Virus record (IMG/VR): IMGVR_UViG_3300036817_000162
Strand: one strand, 5' to 3'
DNA from: a virus
Length of the DNA stretch: 64,000 nt
In this document: in pieces, positions 9,411-18,736 of the stretch
How the letters are laid out: the number at the start of each line of letters is the position of its first letter
How positions within the stretch are numbered: position 1 is the stretch's first letter
Translations under genes and position numbers: made by a program
The notes under the pieces: generated by a model
Seen by the model: only the letters and a program-made list of their open reading frames with translations
Told to the model about the DNA's origin: nothing
Database searches by the model: none

Positions 9411-10402
9411 CGGACCGGCTCCCCGCCAGCAGCGGCTGCCTCGTCGCCGCCGCCCGCCGGGGCGAACGCGCGCTCGTCGGCGTCGTCGCCCGCCGCCGGC
9501 GCGTCGTCGTCGGCCGAGCCGATCGCGGCGGGGTTGCTGCCGGGCAGCGGGTCAGCCTGCACGGCAGCCAGCGCGCGGGCCATCTCGTACTGGTACTCGG
9601 TGGAGTGCGGGACGTTGTCGTACAGGCGCCGCAGGGCGGTCTTCCGCCACATCATGTGGGTGTCGAGACCTTCCTGCGGCCAGGCGGGACCCCAGAATGA
9701 CGCGCCGCCCTGGCGGGCCGCCGCTGACCTGGCCCGGTAGGACAGCACCTCGTCCACGCCGAGGACCACCGGCTGGGAGTGCCCGCCGGAGACCATCGCG
9801 GCGAACGCCCACACGCCGGTCAGGAACTCGCGCTGGCTGCGCAGGCCGAGTCCCTGCTGCCCCCACTCGTTCGCGGGGATCTCGTGGAACGGCAGGGTGT
9901 CATCGGGCCGGTAGGTGAACTTGTCCCCCTTGCGCACCACGTGGCAGTGCACCGCCGTGACCTGGCCGGTGCGGTAGATCATGTCGAGCTGCCCCTTGTA
10001 GCCGACGATCGGGGTGATGCTGTAGGTGCCCTTGTCCGGGTTGGGCCGGTTGCCGACCTTGTCCCGGCCGTCGCGGAACGGCACGAAGTAGAACTGCTCG
10101 GTGCCCGGCACCAGGCCAAGGCGGGCGCACTCGGACAGCGCGTCGAAGAACGTCTCCGGGTGCTGCCACAGGGCCATCTTCAGCTGCTCGCTGCCACGCC
10201 GGATCGCCCCCAGCGCCAGGGACGTGAACTGCTCCGCGTCGATGTGACGGGGGGCAACCTTGGCGAACCACCCCTGGTGCTTGGCAACCCTGGCCTCAGC
10301 GGCCCTGATCGCGATGTCGATCTCGCCCTCGCGCTTGGACAGGCCCCGGCTGGCGACCTCGCCCCGGATGGTGGGGCGCTTGGTTCCGGTTGCCTCGCTC
10401 AT
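9407..10402 (-). CDS. recT: RecT-family ssDNA annealing protein
   Basis: ECARLGLVP..FYFVPF, GYKGQLDMIYRTG, MMWRKTALRRL motifs; next to exonuclease. Confidence 0.9.
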   Translation of the reverse strand: MSEATGTKRPTIRGEVASRGLSKREGEIDIAIRAAEARVAKHQGWFAKVAPRHIDAEQFTSLALGAIRRGSEQLKMALWQHPETFFDALSECARLGLVPGTEQFYFVPFRDGRDKVGNRPNPDKGTYSITPIVGYKGQLDMIYRTGQVTAVHCHVVRKGDKFTYRPDDTLPFHEIPANEWGQQGLGLRSQREFLTGVWAFAAMVSGGHSQPVVLGVDEVLSYRARSAAARQGGASFWGPAWPQEGLDTHMMWRKTALRRLYDNVPHSTEYQYEMARALAAVQADPLPGSNPAAIGSADDDAPAAGDDADERAFAPAGGGDEAAAAGGEPVR

Positions 10403-10407
10403 TTTCC

Positions 10408-11556
10408 TTACTCCGTTCCCTTGGGTGCTGCTGCGGGGAGCTTCATCCACCGCTGGCCAGGCCGCCACGAGTCAACCTCGGTGACCCGCTCGAACCGCTT
10501 GGCGACATCGGGTTCCTCAGTGCGGAACCTGCCGTCGTCGATCGTGGTCATGCTGTAGGCGGAGCGGTACAGGACGTTGACGTCCACCGGGTTGCCGTCC
10601 TTGTCGTGCTTGACCGGGTCGGGGACGACGATGCGCTCGGCGCCGCCCGCCTTGGCGGCCAGCTCGTTGCGGAGCTGGTTGTAGCGCCGCTCGGTCGCCT
10701 TGAAGCGCTGGTAGGCGGCGCGTAGCCGGGTAGCGTCGCGCTTGGTGGCCCGGTAGACGGCCCCCTCCTGGAGGGGGTTCAGGGTGAGGAGCGCCTGGGT
10801 GGACGCGGGCGTCCAGTCGATCGGCGGCGGTTCGTTGGAGTCGAGCCGGTCGAGGAACTTCGCGGCCTCCCGGACCATGAACGCGATGTCCTGCTCGGCG
10901 TCGGGGGTGCGGTTGATCACGTACAGGACGGTCTTCCACGGCAGCATGAACTGGACCGGCAGCAGGATGCGGTCGGAGCCCCAGATGGCCATCTGCCAGT
11001 ACGCCTGCGCCTTGTAGTGGACGGGGACCTCGTCGGTGTACGGCTCACCCCACCTGTAGGAGCCCTCGGCGAAGTCGTTGGCGATGCTGGTCTTGATCTC
11101 GGCGGGGACCATGAGCTTGCGCAGCTCGTCGCGCAGCTCCGGGGTCGCGTTGTTGTCGGGCACGGCGGTGCCGAACAGCGGCAGCCGGGTACCCGCCGCT
11201 TCCCTGCTGACGGTGAACCTGTCGAACGTGGCGGTCATCCACGGGCAGCCCTCGGCGTGGTACAGGCCACCGGGAAGGACAGCCAGGTCGGGGCGCATCC
11301 TCGCCAGCTCGTCGGCGACGTACGGCTCCAGGACCAGGCCGCGCCTCTCCTCGTCCTGCTCCCCGTCGCTGGTGGCCTCCCCGGTCTTCTTCTCCACCCA
11401 CAGGCTGAACGGGTTGCCGTGGCTCTTGGGCGCGAGGCCCAGCAGCACGGCGATCTCCGACGCGCCGATGGTCGTCGAGCGGACCTTCTGCCACTCGGCG
11501 GGGTTCTCGGTGATCTCTTGTTGCGTCATGAGCAGCTTGGCGCTCACAGCGGTCAC
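10408..11556 (-). CDS. YqaJ/lambda-exonuclease-family recombination nuclease
   Basis: W...R..TIGASEIA, ATFDR, EIKT, QAYWQM; start may be GTG 11547. Confidence 0.85.
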   Translation of the reverse strand: MTAVSAKLLMTQQEITENPAEWQKVRSTTIGASEIAVLLGLAPKSHGNPFSLWVEKKTGEATSDGEQDEERRGLVLEPYVADELARMRPDLAVLPGGLYHAEGCPWMTATFDRFTVSREAAGTRLPLFGTAVPDNNATPELRDELRKLMVPAEIKTSIANDFAEGSYRWGEPYTDEVPVHYKAQAYWQMAIWGSDRILLPVQFMLPWKTVLYVINRTPDAEQDIAFMVREAAKFLDRLDSNEPPPIDWTPASTQALLTLNPLQEGAVYRATKRDATRLRAAYQRFKATERRYNQLRNELAAKAGGAERIVVPDPVKHDKDGNPVDVNVLYRSAYSMTTIDDGRFRTEEPDVAKRFERVTEVDSWRPGQRWMKLPAAAPKGTE

Positions 11557-11568
11557 TCCCTCTCTCGG

Positions 11569-11817
11569 TTACTCCTCGGTAGATTCCCGGGCGCCCCGCC
11601 AGGCGTTCATGCGGGCCTGGTGGATCCGGGCTGCCCGCCGCGAGCCGCCGCTGTAGCGGCCCCAGGTCGTGCACCACTGGCCGGCCCGTGCCCGGCAGAA
11701 CGGGCACCGGGTCGTCTTGGCGGCTTCGTCCTCGTCGGCGCGGCGGCGCTCCGCCGGGGTCATCGTCTCCCGTGCGGCTGCCGCTGCCCGCTTCAGTCCC
11801 TCACCCACGGGACTCAC
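11569..11817 (-). CDS. small zinc-finger-like protein
   Basis: CPFC.A..G.WC...H.AR. Confidence 0.6.
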   Translation of the reverse strand: MSPVGEGLKRAAAAARETMTPAERRRADEDEAAKTTRCPFCRARAGQWCTTWGRYSGGSRRAARIHQARMNAWRGARESTEE

Positions 11818-12142
11818 CGTCCCTGAGTGTCGCGGCCAGCAGGTCGGCGTTGGCCGCCAGCTCGTCGTAACGGTCGGCGACTTCCCCGTAGAGCCTGACC
11901 TGCTCCGCGTACAGGCCGGCGATGTCCGGCCGGTTGCCGCCGGATGACCAGTACGTCAGGCTGCGCTGCATGATGGAGGCGCTGCGGCGCGAGCTTACGG
12001 AGAACGCCCGCGCCCGCTCGGCCGCTTTCTCGCAGTTCTCCGCCAGCCGCGCCGTGTCTTGCGGGCTGCTCTGCCGCGTCGACCACGGGGACAGCGTCTC
12101 GTAGTCGAGGCGGCGGTCCCGTGGGAACTTCTCCCGTGCCAT
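11801..12142 (-). CDS. hypothetical helical protein
   Basis: TAAATG junction with upstream gene. Confidence 0.6.
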   Translation of the reverse strand: MAREKFPRDRRLDYETLSPWSTRQSSPQDTARLAENCEKAAERARAFSVSSRRSASIMQRSLTYWSSGGNRPDIAGLYAEQVRLYGEVADRYDELAANADLLAATLRDGESRG

Positions 12143-12385
12143 TTACCCCTCCCCCGGTACCGGGGCCATGATCATGCCGTCACGGTCGTAGCGGACATCG
12201 GACAGGACCGGGCCGTCGGGCCCGTCCGTGATCAGCCGGCCGCCGCGAACGGCCGACTCACCCCGTGCCAGCCGGGCCAGCGCGGCACCCATCTCGGCGA
12301 CCGCGAGGGCCAGCACGTCTATCTTCTGGTCGCCGGTCAGGTCGGAGTTGGCCAGGTCGTCGAGCCGGAAGTAGCGCGCCGTCAT
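12143..12385 (-). CDS. hypothetical protein
   Basis: ATGA coupled. Confidence 0.6.
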   Translation of the reverse strand: MTARYFRLDDLANSDLTGDQKIDVLALAVAEMGAALARLARGESAVRGGRLITDGPDGPVLSDVRYDRDGMIMAPVPGEG

Positions 12386-12591
12386 GAGGGGCCGCCCTCA
12401 GCCGGTTCCGGGCAGCTGGACCGGCTCTCGCCGTGCAGCGCCTGGTGCCACCAGCCGATATTGCCGATCTCAGGGTCGTTCGGGGTCAGTGACGACATGA
12501 CGTAACGCTCGCCGGGCTTGATCGGGACCCCGCACTCCCAGCCGCAGCGGTGCGCGACGCGAGCCGTCCGCTCCCGGTGGATGGCGGTCAT
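12382..12591 (-). CDS. small Cys-containing protein
   Basis: HRCGWEC..IKPGERY motif; ATGA coupled. Confidence 0.6.
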   Translation of the reverse strand: MTAIHRERTARVAHRCGWECGVPIKPGERYVMSSLTPNDPEIGNIGWWHQALHGESRSSCPEPAEGGPS

Positions 12592-12800
12592 GAGGCACCG
12601 CCGGGGTTAGCGGGGTCGTGGACGCCGGTGACGATCCAGCGGCGGGTACGGTCCCCGGGATCGGCGCCCAGCATCATCCCGGCGCGGAGCACGGCGTCGC
12701 GCTGGTCCTGCACGAGGGCGGAGAGGACCCGTTCCTGGTCACGGTCGTTCTTGACGGTGACCCTGATCTCGCGCACCTGGTGCGCCGGGTGGCCGCTCAT
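12588..12800 (-). CDS. hypothetical protein
   Basis: ATG 12800, ATGA coupled at both ends. Confidence 0.55.
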   Translation of the reverse strand: MSGHPAHQVREIRVTVKNDRDQERVLSALVQDQRDAVLRAGMMLGADPGDRTRRWIVTGVHDPANPGGAS

Positions 12801-13149
12801 GAGGGGACCTCCGTCACGAGCGGCGGTTGCCACGAGTGCACCTTCTGGCAGGTCACGATGAACTGCCGGTGCACGTGCCACATGCCTGGAATCGCCACAC
12901 GCCGACCCCCTGGGCGAGGATGTTGTCCTCGACCAGCCACACGATGTACCGGGCGGCCAGGTAGCTGGGGTCATGGAACCGGGTCAGGCCAGGGTCCTGC
13001 CTGTTAGTGGCGCCTGCCGCCGCCTGGGCGATCCGCCGGAAGCACTCGTCCAGGCCGCCCTTGACGTCCCCGCCGCCGTTGTGCAGGAAGACGCACGCCC
13101 AGACATCGCCGTCGCTGTCGGTGAAGCTCACCAGCGCCCTGGTGCTCAA
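12797..13149 (-). pseudogene. apparently frameshifted paralog of 13151-13492
   Basis: removing a GT from GGCGTGTGGCG near 12896-12900 extends the frame to TGA at 12797, coupled to the next ATG, and restores C-terminal similarity. Confidence 0.55.
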
Positions 13150-13150
13150 T

Positions 13151-13492
13151 TCAGCTCACCGCCGGCCGGTCCAGGGACGCCGCCGCGTGGCAGCGGACGC
13201 TGTACTCACGGTCGAAGCCGGCGATGGCGGCTCGCGGCGCGATGCTGGCCGCGTCCGACGTGATGTACCCGTTGGTCAGCCACCCGACGTACCGGGCGGC
13301 GAGCCTCGCGGGGTCGTGGAACGCGGTGAGCTGCGGCAGGGCGCCCTGGTCGAGCACGTCATCCGCGACCGCGTTGAGGAACTTCTCCAGGTCTTCGGCG
13401 ATGTCCCCGATCGCGTCGTGCACGAACACGCACGCCGCCACGGTGCCGTCTGCGCCGATGAAGCTGACCAGCCCGTTGGTCGTGGCCGTCAT
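13151..13492 (-). CDS. hypothetical protein (paralog pair)
   Basis: LVSF..DG.V.ACVF.H...FHDP..LAARY..WL shared with neighbour. Confidence 0.7.
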   Translation of the reverse strand: MTATTNGLVSFIGADGTVAACVFVHDAIGDIAEDLEKFLNAVADDVLDQGALPQLTAFHDPARLAARYVGWLTNGYITSDAASIAPRAAIAGFDREYSVRCHAAASLDRPAVS

Positions 13493-13498
13493 GGTGGC

Positions 13499-13523
13499 CC
13501 CTCTCTCACATGTGAGAACTATA
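13499..13523 (-). promoter_or_regulatory. palindrome-promoter copy 4 (fused to RBS)
   Basis: minus strand TATAGT-T-CTCACATGTGAG-AGAGGG. Confidence 0.75.
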
Positions 13524-13682
13524 ATACATGGAAGCAGTGACATTACACGTTCCAGTGGTAAACGTGGCCGCAGGCGCCCTCTGGGGCACCGGATGGTTTA
13601 CGGTTCACCGCAGCGGTTATGATGGACGGCAGGGAAGCAGGTCGACCTTCGGCGGTCGGTTCTCTCCCCTCTCTCAAGCGGA

Positions 13683-13720
13683 AGCCCCGCCGGGACGACT
13701 ACGCTCGCCCTGGCGGGGCT
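13683..13720. terminator. GC-rich hairpin, probable terminator
   Basis: AGCCCCGCCGG / CTGGCGGGGCT stem just past the stop of 13739-14128. Confidence 0.5.
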
Positions 13721-13738
13721 GATGCCGTTCAAGGGGGC

Positions 13739-14128
13739 TTACAGCTTCCCGGCAGGGTCGTTGTAGTCCTCCACGGCGGCCCGCGCGTCGGCCGGGACCT
13801 CGCGCATGCTCCGGCCGCTGAATGTCTCAGCCAGCAGCGTGCCGTCATTCCTGCGGAGAACGTAGACGATACCGTGGACGGGCACGTTCACCACCCGGAA
13901 CAGCACGCCGAGACTGCTCCGCTCGTACTCAGCGACGTACGCCCCAAGGGCCAGGGCGTCGATGCGCTCGGTCCACCAGCGGGCCGGTGCGGTGTCGCCA
14001 CGGGCGGCCACGGTGACAGTGATGTCGGTGGCCCGCCACCCGTAGACGAGGCGGACGGGCCGCCCGTTGCGGCGGACGGTGGCCAGTGTCCCCGCCGGCA
14101 TGTCAGTTGCCGCTGGCGCTGGCTGCAT
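13739..14128 (-). CDS. hypothetical protein
   Basis: GAGGGGGAGGGG RBS before ATG. Confidence 0.6.
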   Translation of the reverse strand: MQPAPAATDMPAGTLATVRRNGRPVRLVYGWRATDITVTVAARGDTAPARWWTERIDALALGAYVAEYERSSLGVLFRVVNVPVHGIVYVLRRNDGTLLAETFSGRSMREVPADARAAVEDYNDPAGKL

Positions 14129-14284
14129 GCCCCTCCCCCTCTCCGGTCTTCCAGGCCACGGTCACGTCTGCACGGTCAGGCTCACCGTGCAGAAGTACCT
14201 CGCGTGCCATCAGGTCCGGGTTCATGTACGACGGCGCCGTGATCTCCATCAGCGGCGCCCCGTTGAGCCGGATAAGCCAGGTGC

Positions 14285-14932
14285 TCACTCGTCCCCCTCG
14301 CGCTGACGCAGGACAACCCAGCCGATCGGGTCGTCGCTGTCGTTCTCCTCGGCTTCCTCCGACGGGTACAGGCCGGTGACCTCGCACGCCACGTACAGGC
14401 CGGGCTCGGCCAGGATGTCAGTGGCGAGCCGCCCGCCGATGTACTCGGACGGGTGCATGAGGGAGCCGCCGCCCTGCTGGCCGCTGTAGTTGCGCATCAC
14501 CTGCCAGCGGGTATGCCCAGGCACCTCGGGGCCGTCCTCGATCATGGCGATCATGGCCTGCACGCCGCCGGTGACGATCTGCCCGTCCTCATCCAGCTCG
14601 ACGTTGACCTCGGGGGCCCAGACGCCGCCAGGCTCGGTGACCTCGCCGCCGGGGTGAACCCGGACCACGTGGTCGATCTCCATCAGGCCGTCCAGCTTGG
14701 CCGGGTCGACGGGCAGCATCTCCCTCGCGTAGATGCCCCCGGACGCGAGCCGGGGGATGATGTAGTCGTCCATCGTCCAGCCGGCGTCGTCCTCGCCCTC
14801 GATGAACACCTCGCCGTGGGCGTGGCCGGTGACCCGGTAGTTCCCGCTCAGCGGCATGTACGCGGCGGCGACCCGGGCGACCTCGGCGGGGTCCTTCGGC
14901 GACCAGGCCTTGATGACTGCCTTGCGGGTCAT
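14285..14932 (-). CDS. hypothetical protein
   Basis: GAGAGAGGG RBS; ATG 14932. Confidence 0.7.
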   Translation of the reverse strand: MTRKAVIKAWSPKDPAEVARVAAAYMPLSGNYRVTGHAHGEVFIEGEDDAGWTMDDYIIPRLASGGIYAREMLPVDPAKLDGLMEIDHVVRVHPGGEVTEPGGVWAPEVNVELDEDGQIVTGGVQAMIAMIEDGPEVPGHTRWQVMRNYSGQQGGGSLMHPSEYIGGRLATDILAEPGLYVACEVTGLYPSEEAEENDSDDPIGWVVLRQREGDE

Positions 14933-14952
14933 GATCTTCCCTCTCTCTGCGT

Positions 14953-15363
14953 TCACAGGTTCCCCAGCGCCTCAAGCGCCAGCTCAGCCTCGACGACCGT
15001 GGCGTAGGAGTCGCCGTACGGCAACTTCGGCTCGCTGTCGCTCCCGGGGGCGAACCCCAGGTCGATCGAGCTGAGCGATGCCAGCACGGTGCCGTCGGCG
15101 TCGGTGAGCAGGCACTCCCAGTGGGGGGCGCCGGATACGAAGTAGCTGTCGGTCGGGACGGTGTCGGCGTCCTGGTCGATGTCCCAGGTCGCTGACCAGC
15201 CGCGCCGCTTCGCCTCGCTTGCCGCGTGGGCCAGCAGGATGGCGCCCCGGGTGCGCCCGCTAGTCCTGGTCTCGTGCTCGGGGTCATGGGAGTAGCCGGC
15301 GTGGGCGAAGAAGAACTCTTCCTCGGGGGTCAGCGTGACCTTGTGCGTGCTCCGGGTCGTCAT
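14953..15363 (-). CDS. hypothetical protein
   Basis: ATGA coupled; internal start within track ORF. Confidence 0.65.
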   Translation of the reverse strand: MTTRSTHKVTLTPEEEFFFAHAGYSHDPEHETRTSGRTRGAILLAHAASEAKRRGWSATWDIDQDADTVPTDSYFVSGAPHWECLLTDADGTVLASLSSIDLGFAPGSDSEPKLPYGDSYATVVEAELALEALGNL

Positions 15364-15929
15364 GACACCCTCGTCCCAGCCGCGCTGAGCGCCGCGACTT
15401 CCGGTTCCAGCTCGCTGTGCACCGTCACGGCCTGGCTGAGTGCGGTGGCGAGGAACTGGCCCTTCCGGGCGATCTCGGCCCGGTCGTCGTCGCGGATGCC
15501 GCGCGCCTCTGCCGCCTGGGCGCGGTCCCGGATGTCCCGGGCGGCCTCCAGTGCGGTGCTCAGGTGGGCCACTAGTCGGCTTGCGTCGACCGCCGTGGCG
15601 CCCAGGGTTGGCACCGGGGCCTGGCTGGGGCGGGGGTAGTAGTCGCCCCAGTACCAGTCGGCGGTGGTGTCGAGGTTGCCGTAGGGGTGGCCCCGGTGGA
15701 TTACGCCGTAGCCCTTGATGCCGTAGACGTTGCCGGTGGAGTGCTCGATCATGAGCATGCCGCCCATGTTGTGCCTGGGCCCACGGTTGATCTTGGTGTA
15801 GACCCGGCCGGGGATTACCTCGACGGTTTCCGCGTCGGCCTGCCACTGGCTGTACTGGGCGGCGAGCCGCGCCCGGCTCTGCTCCAGGACCAGGTCGGCC
15901 AGCGCCTGGATCTTCTGCTCCTGCGTCAT
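15360..15929 (-). CDS. hypothetical protein
   Basis: first gene after palindrome-promoter; G.VYGIKGYG motif. Confidence 0.7.
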   Translation of the reverse strand: MTQEQKIQALADLVLEQSRARLAAQYSQWQADAETVEVIPGRVYTKINRGPRHNMGGMLMIEHSTGNVYGIKGYGVIHRGHPYGNLDTTADWYWGDYYPRPSQAPVPTLGATAVDASRLVAHLSTALEAARDIRDRAQAAEARGIRDDDRAEIARKGQFLATALSQAVTVHSELEPEVAALSAAGTRVS

Positions 15930-15953
15930 CTTCGCTTTCCCTCTCTCTCGCCC

Positions 15954-15984
15954 GCTATAACACACATGTGTGAGGTACTATTCC
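15954..15984 (-). promoter_or_regulatory. palindrome-promoter copy 5 (31-bp long form)
   Basis: GCTATAACACACATGTGTGAGGTACTATTCC. Confidence 0.8.
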
Positions 15985-15992
15985 CGGGGGAG

Positions 15993-16265
15993 TTACCGCA
16001 TCCAGACCGCGTGCAGCCCCCACCGAACCCTCACGATCGTGACGTCCGCCGGCTTCACGTCCCGCATCGCCAGCGCGATCAGCATCGCCAGGGCGGTGAC
16101 GGTCAGCAGGCCGACCTCCGCGTACACCCACAGGAGCCCCAGCAGCAGCCAGACGGGAAGGAGCAGGCAGCCGGGCGTCTTGTAGCTGACCGTGGTGGTG
16201 CGCCACTGGCGGGAGCCCGGCTCGGGCCCCCGCCGTGACGCGCCGCGTGTCTCGCGGACCCTCAT
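15993..16265 (-). CDS. small membrane protein
   Basis: long hydrophobic stretch; start uncertain. Confidence 0.5.
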   Translation of the reverse strand: MRVRETRGASRRGPEPGSRQWRTTTVSYKTPGCLLLPVWLLLGLLWVYAEVGLLTVTALAMLIALAMRDVKPADVTIVRVRWGLHAVWMR

Positions 16266-16798
16266 GCGGCCACCAGCTCCCGCACCTCGACGTTGGTCGC
16301 GGCGGTGAAGAACTTCTCGCCGTCGGCGGTCTTCAGGCCGACCCGGTAGCCGGCCCGCCCGTCGTCGAAGACCCGGTACTGCCGGCGCGCGTACTTGTCG
16401 GGGCCGTACCAGAAGATGGTGCCCTCGGTGCCGACCGGGACCTTGCGGCCCTCAGTCACCGTGACGTGCCGGCCGACGTACGGGACCCTGGCCTGGACCG
16501 CCTCAGCGGCGGCGGCGTTCTCGGCGATCACCCTGGCGCGGTAGGCGTCGTAGGCGGCGCGGACCTCGGGGGTGGCGTCGACCGCAGCGCCGTTGTTGTA
16601 GGTCCAGCCCCGGGTGGAGGCGTAGGTGACCTCGCGGGGCCTGCCGGCCTCCTCGTCCCAAACCAGCGCGTAGAAGTCGCTGTCGTCGTGCCAGTTGTAC
16701 TCGCCGAGCCGCAGCACGTGCCCGGCGTGGGTGATCTCGTAGAACTCTTCGCCCAGGTCGGTCTCGGTGTTGCGCCCGGTCCAGATCCTGACTGCCAT
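16262..16798 (-). CDS. hypothetical protein
   Basis: strong RBS; YNWHDDSDFYA and GRKVPVGTEG motifs. Confidence 0.75.
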   Translation of the reverse strand: MAVRIWTGRNTETDLGEEFYEITHAGHVLRLGEYNWHDDSDFYALVWDEEAGRPREVTYASTRGWTYNNGAAVDATPEVRAAYDAYRARVIAENAAAAEAVQARVPYVGRHVTVTEGRKVPVGTEGTIFWYGPDKYARRQYRVFDDGRAGYRVGLKTADGEKFFTAATNVEVRELVAA

Positions 16799-16821
16799 CT
16801 TTGGCTCCCTCTCTCTCGCCC

Positions 16822-16852
16822 ACTATAACACACATGTGTGAGGTAGTATTCC
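16822..16852 (-). promoter_or_regulatory. palindrome-promoter copy 6 (31-bp long form)
   Basis: ACTATAACACACATGTGTGAGGTAGTATTCC. Confidence 0.8.
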
Positions 16853-16864
16853 GGGAGCCTTGTG

Positions 16865-17149
16865 TCACTCACCCCCCGTCGGCGGTGTCTGCTGCGGGTG
16901 ACGGGGCAGTGGCCGCTTCACCTCAACAGGGGTCCACCGGCGCCCCGCATTGCGCCGGGCGGACTCAGCTTCCTCGACCTGCTCCGCCGCCAGGTCTTCC
17001 CGGCCGTCCTGGTAGGCCCGCCGCAGCGCCTCCAGCACGTCCACGGCAACGTACTCCGGGACGGCGAGGATTACTTTCCGGTGCCCGGCGGGGTCGGTCT
17101 CCACGACCTCTCCCCGATGACCAAGCTCGTAGGTTCTCGGCTCGCTCAT
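16865..17149 (-). CDS. hypothetical protein
   Basis: ATG 17149 with GGAGAGGAGG RBS, ATGA coupled. Confidence 0.6.
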   Translation of the reverse strand: MSEPRTYELGHRGEVVETDPAGHRKVILAVPEYVAVDVLEALRRAYQDGREDLAAEQVEEAESARRNAGRRWTPVEVKRPLPRHPQQTPPTGGE

Positions 17150-17517
17150 TGCCCCTCCTCTCCCTTGACGTGCTCGGCTGCCTTGACCTGCGGGAAGTGC
17201 CAGGAGCCCCGGCGGTCGCCCTTGTCCCAGGCCGACGCGTAGGTGAAGTAGACCCGCCCGCCGCGTACCGCCGTCACCACGCACCGGGCGGGCTCGTTGG
17301 CGGGGCCGAGGAACCGGGCGTGGTTGAACCTGTCACCGGGCCGCATGCGCGGGCCGCTGAGGTGCACGACGGGGTGCAGGAACCTGGCCTCCCTCGGGCA
17401 CAGGAGTTCCCCCCGGTAGCTGAGGGTTACCAGCCCGTCGGCGCCGATCTCGGCCACGCGGCCGACGCGCGTTGCTGTCCTGGTGGCCCTGAACCACACC
17501 ATGTCTCCGCACTTCAC
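17146..17517 (-). CDS. hypothetical protein
   Basis: GAGAGAGAAGAGGG RBS, GTG start. Confidence 0.6.
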   Translation of the reverse strand: MKCGDMVWFRATRTATRVGRVAEIGADGLVTLSYRGELLCPREARFLHPVVHLSGPRMRPGDRFNHARFLGPANEPARCVVTAVRGGRVYFTYASAWDKGDRRGSWHFPQVKAAEHVKGEEGQ

Positions 17518-17756
17518 GCCGATCCCTCTTCTCTCTCACTGAACGGCCGGTAGCTGGTGTCCTCGTCCGGCAGCTCGGTCAGCTGCCGGACGACCCACAA
17601 CTGGTGCTGCGGCTTCATCTCGCGGTTGCGCTCGTCCGCGAACTCCTGCGCCAACTCAGGGGTGAACAGGTTGCCGTCCGCGTCGCGCCAGAGGACCATC
17701 CCGTCGTGCCCGTCCACGACCACAACCTCCGGGATCACGTACCTTGGCTCGCTCAT
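17514..17756 (-). CDS. hypothetical protein
   Basis: coupled at both ends. Confidence 0.65.
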   Translation of the reverse strand: MSEPRYVIPEVVVVDGHDGMVLWRDADGNLFTPELAQEFADERNREMKPQHQLWVVRQLTELPDEDTSYRPFSEREEGSA

Positions 17757-18115
17757 CGGGTTACCTCCGTCAGGTGGCTGTCGTCGGTGACGAACAGCTG
17801 GTCGTCGCCCTCGAACCGGACCGCGTAGCGGGTGCCCGCGCCGTAGTGCTCGCTGTCGTGCAGCACCTCGTCGACCACCACGCGGTCGCTCACCTCCGTG
17901 AGCCGGTCGTAGAACTCGGCCACGTCGCCGGCCTTGAACCTCGACGGGGCCGAGTAGCAGGCGTTGCCGTCGTCGTCGTAGGTGACGACGGTGCGCGCCT
18001 CCAGCTCCCGCTGGCTGAGCACGGCCAGGACCGCCGCCTCGTCGTCGGCGGCCTCGGCGTGCTGGCGTTCCTGGTCCTGCTCGTAAAGCTCCTGGTCGTA
18101 CTGCTCCTGCGTCAT
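17753..18115 (-). CDS. acidic hypothetical protein
   Basis: GAAGGG RBS; coupled. Confidence 0.65.
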   Translation of the reverse strand: MTQEQYDQELYEQDQERQHAEAADDEAAVLAVLSQRELEARTVVTYDDDGNACYSAPSRFKAGDVAEFYDRLTEVSDRVVVDEVLHDSEHYGAGTRYAVRFEGDDQLFVTDDSHLTEVTR

Positions 18116-18132
18116 GCTGCTGCCCTTCGTGT

Positions 18133-18378
18133 TCAGCGACCGTTCCGGGCGTACCCGGCGGCCTCTTCGACCTGGGTGATCGCCCGGCTGATCGCGTAGT
18201 AGGTGGCGCCGTAGGGACGGGCCCGGTCCATGAGCTGGTTAAGCTGCTCGCTGACCTTCTCCAGGTCTTCGGCCAGCGGGATGCCCCGGCGGCGGCGCTC
18301 CATCTCGAACTCGTAGTCGTCCAGGCCGCCCGGGTTCGTCTTCATCCACTCGGCGTACGTGGGGATCTGCTGCGTCAT
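18133..18378 (-). CDS. hypothetical protein
   Basis: ATGA overlap with HTH gene. Confidence 0.6.
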   Translation of the reverse strand: MTQQIPTYAEWMKTNPGGLDDYEFEMERRRRGIPLAEDLEKVSEQLNQLMDRARPYGATYYAISRAITQVEEAAGYARNGR

Positions 18379-18677
18379 GCTGCTACCGCCTCCTGGGCGT
18401 TGTTGATCTGGGCTACCTTGGCTGCCCACCGCTTGACCGCCGTGGTGTGGGTGATGCCGAAGCTGAGGCCGATGTCGTGCCAGGTGTAGCCGCGTGCCCG
18501 GAGGCTGGCGACGACGCGGACGGTGGCCTCTTCGAGTTCGCGGGACAGGCCGAGCATGTCGGCTGCCATCCAGGGGTCCTCGTTCTCGGCGCGCTTCTCG
18601 ATGGCGCGGATCATGCGCCTGGCGGCGCCGATCATCTCCTCGGGGTCCTTGACCCGCTTGGCGGTGGTGGTGACCAC
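18375..18677 (-). CDS. helix-turn-helix DNA-binding protein
   Basis: LRARGYTWHDIGLSFGITHTTAVKRW. Confidence 0.8.
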   Translation of the reverse strand: MVTTTAKRVKDPEEMIGAARRMIRAIEKRAENEDPWMAADMLGLSRELEEATVRVVASLRARGYTWHDIGLSFGITHTTAVKRWAAKVAQINNAQEAVAA

Positions 18678-18705
18678 TGGCCCTCATCCCCTCTCCCTTG
18701 CGCCT

Positions 18706-18736
18706 ACTATAACACACATGTGTGAGGTAGTATTCC
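18706..18736 (-). promoter_or_regulatory. palindrome-promoter copy 7 (31-bp long form) at the strand switch
   Basis: identical to 16822-16852. Confidence 0.8.

Noticed and set aside
13524-13680. Small RNA or gene in the gap with an orphan GAGAGAGGGG RBS
   Set aside because: No start codon at usable spacing and only a weak hairpin; unsupported
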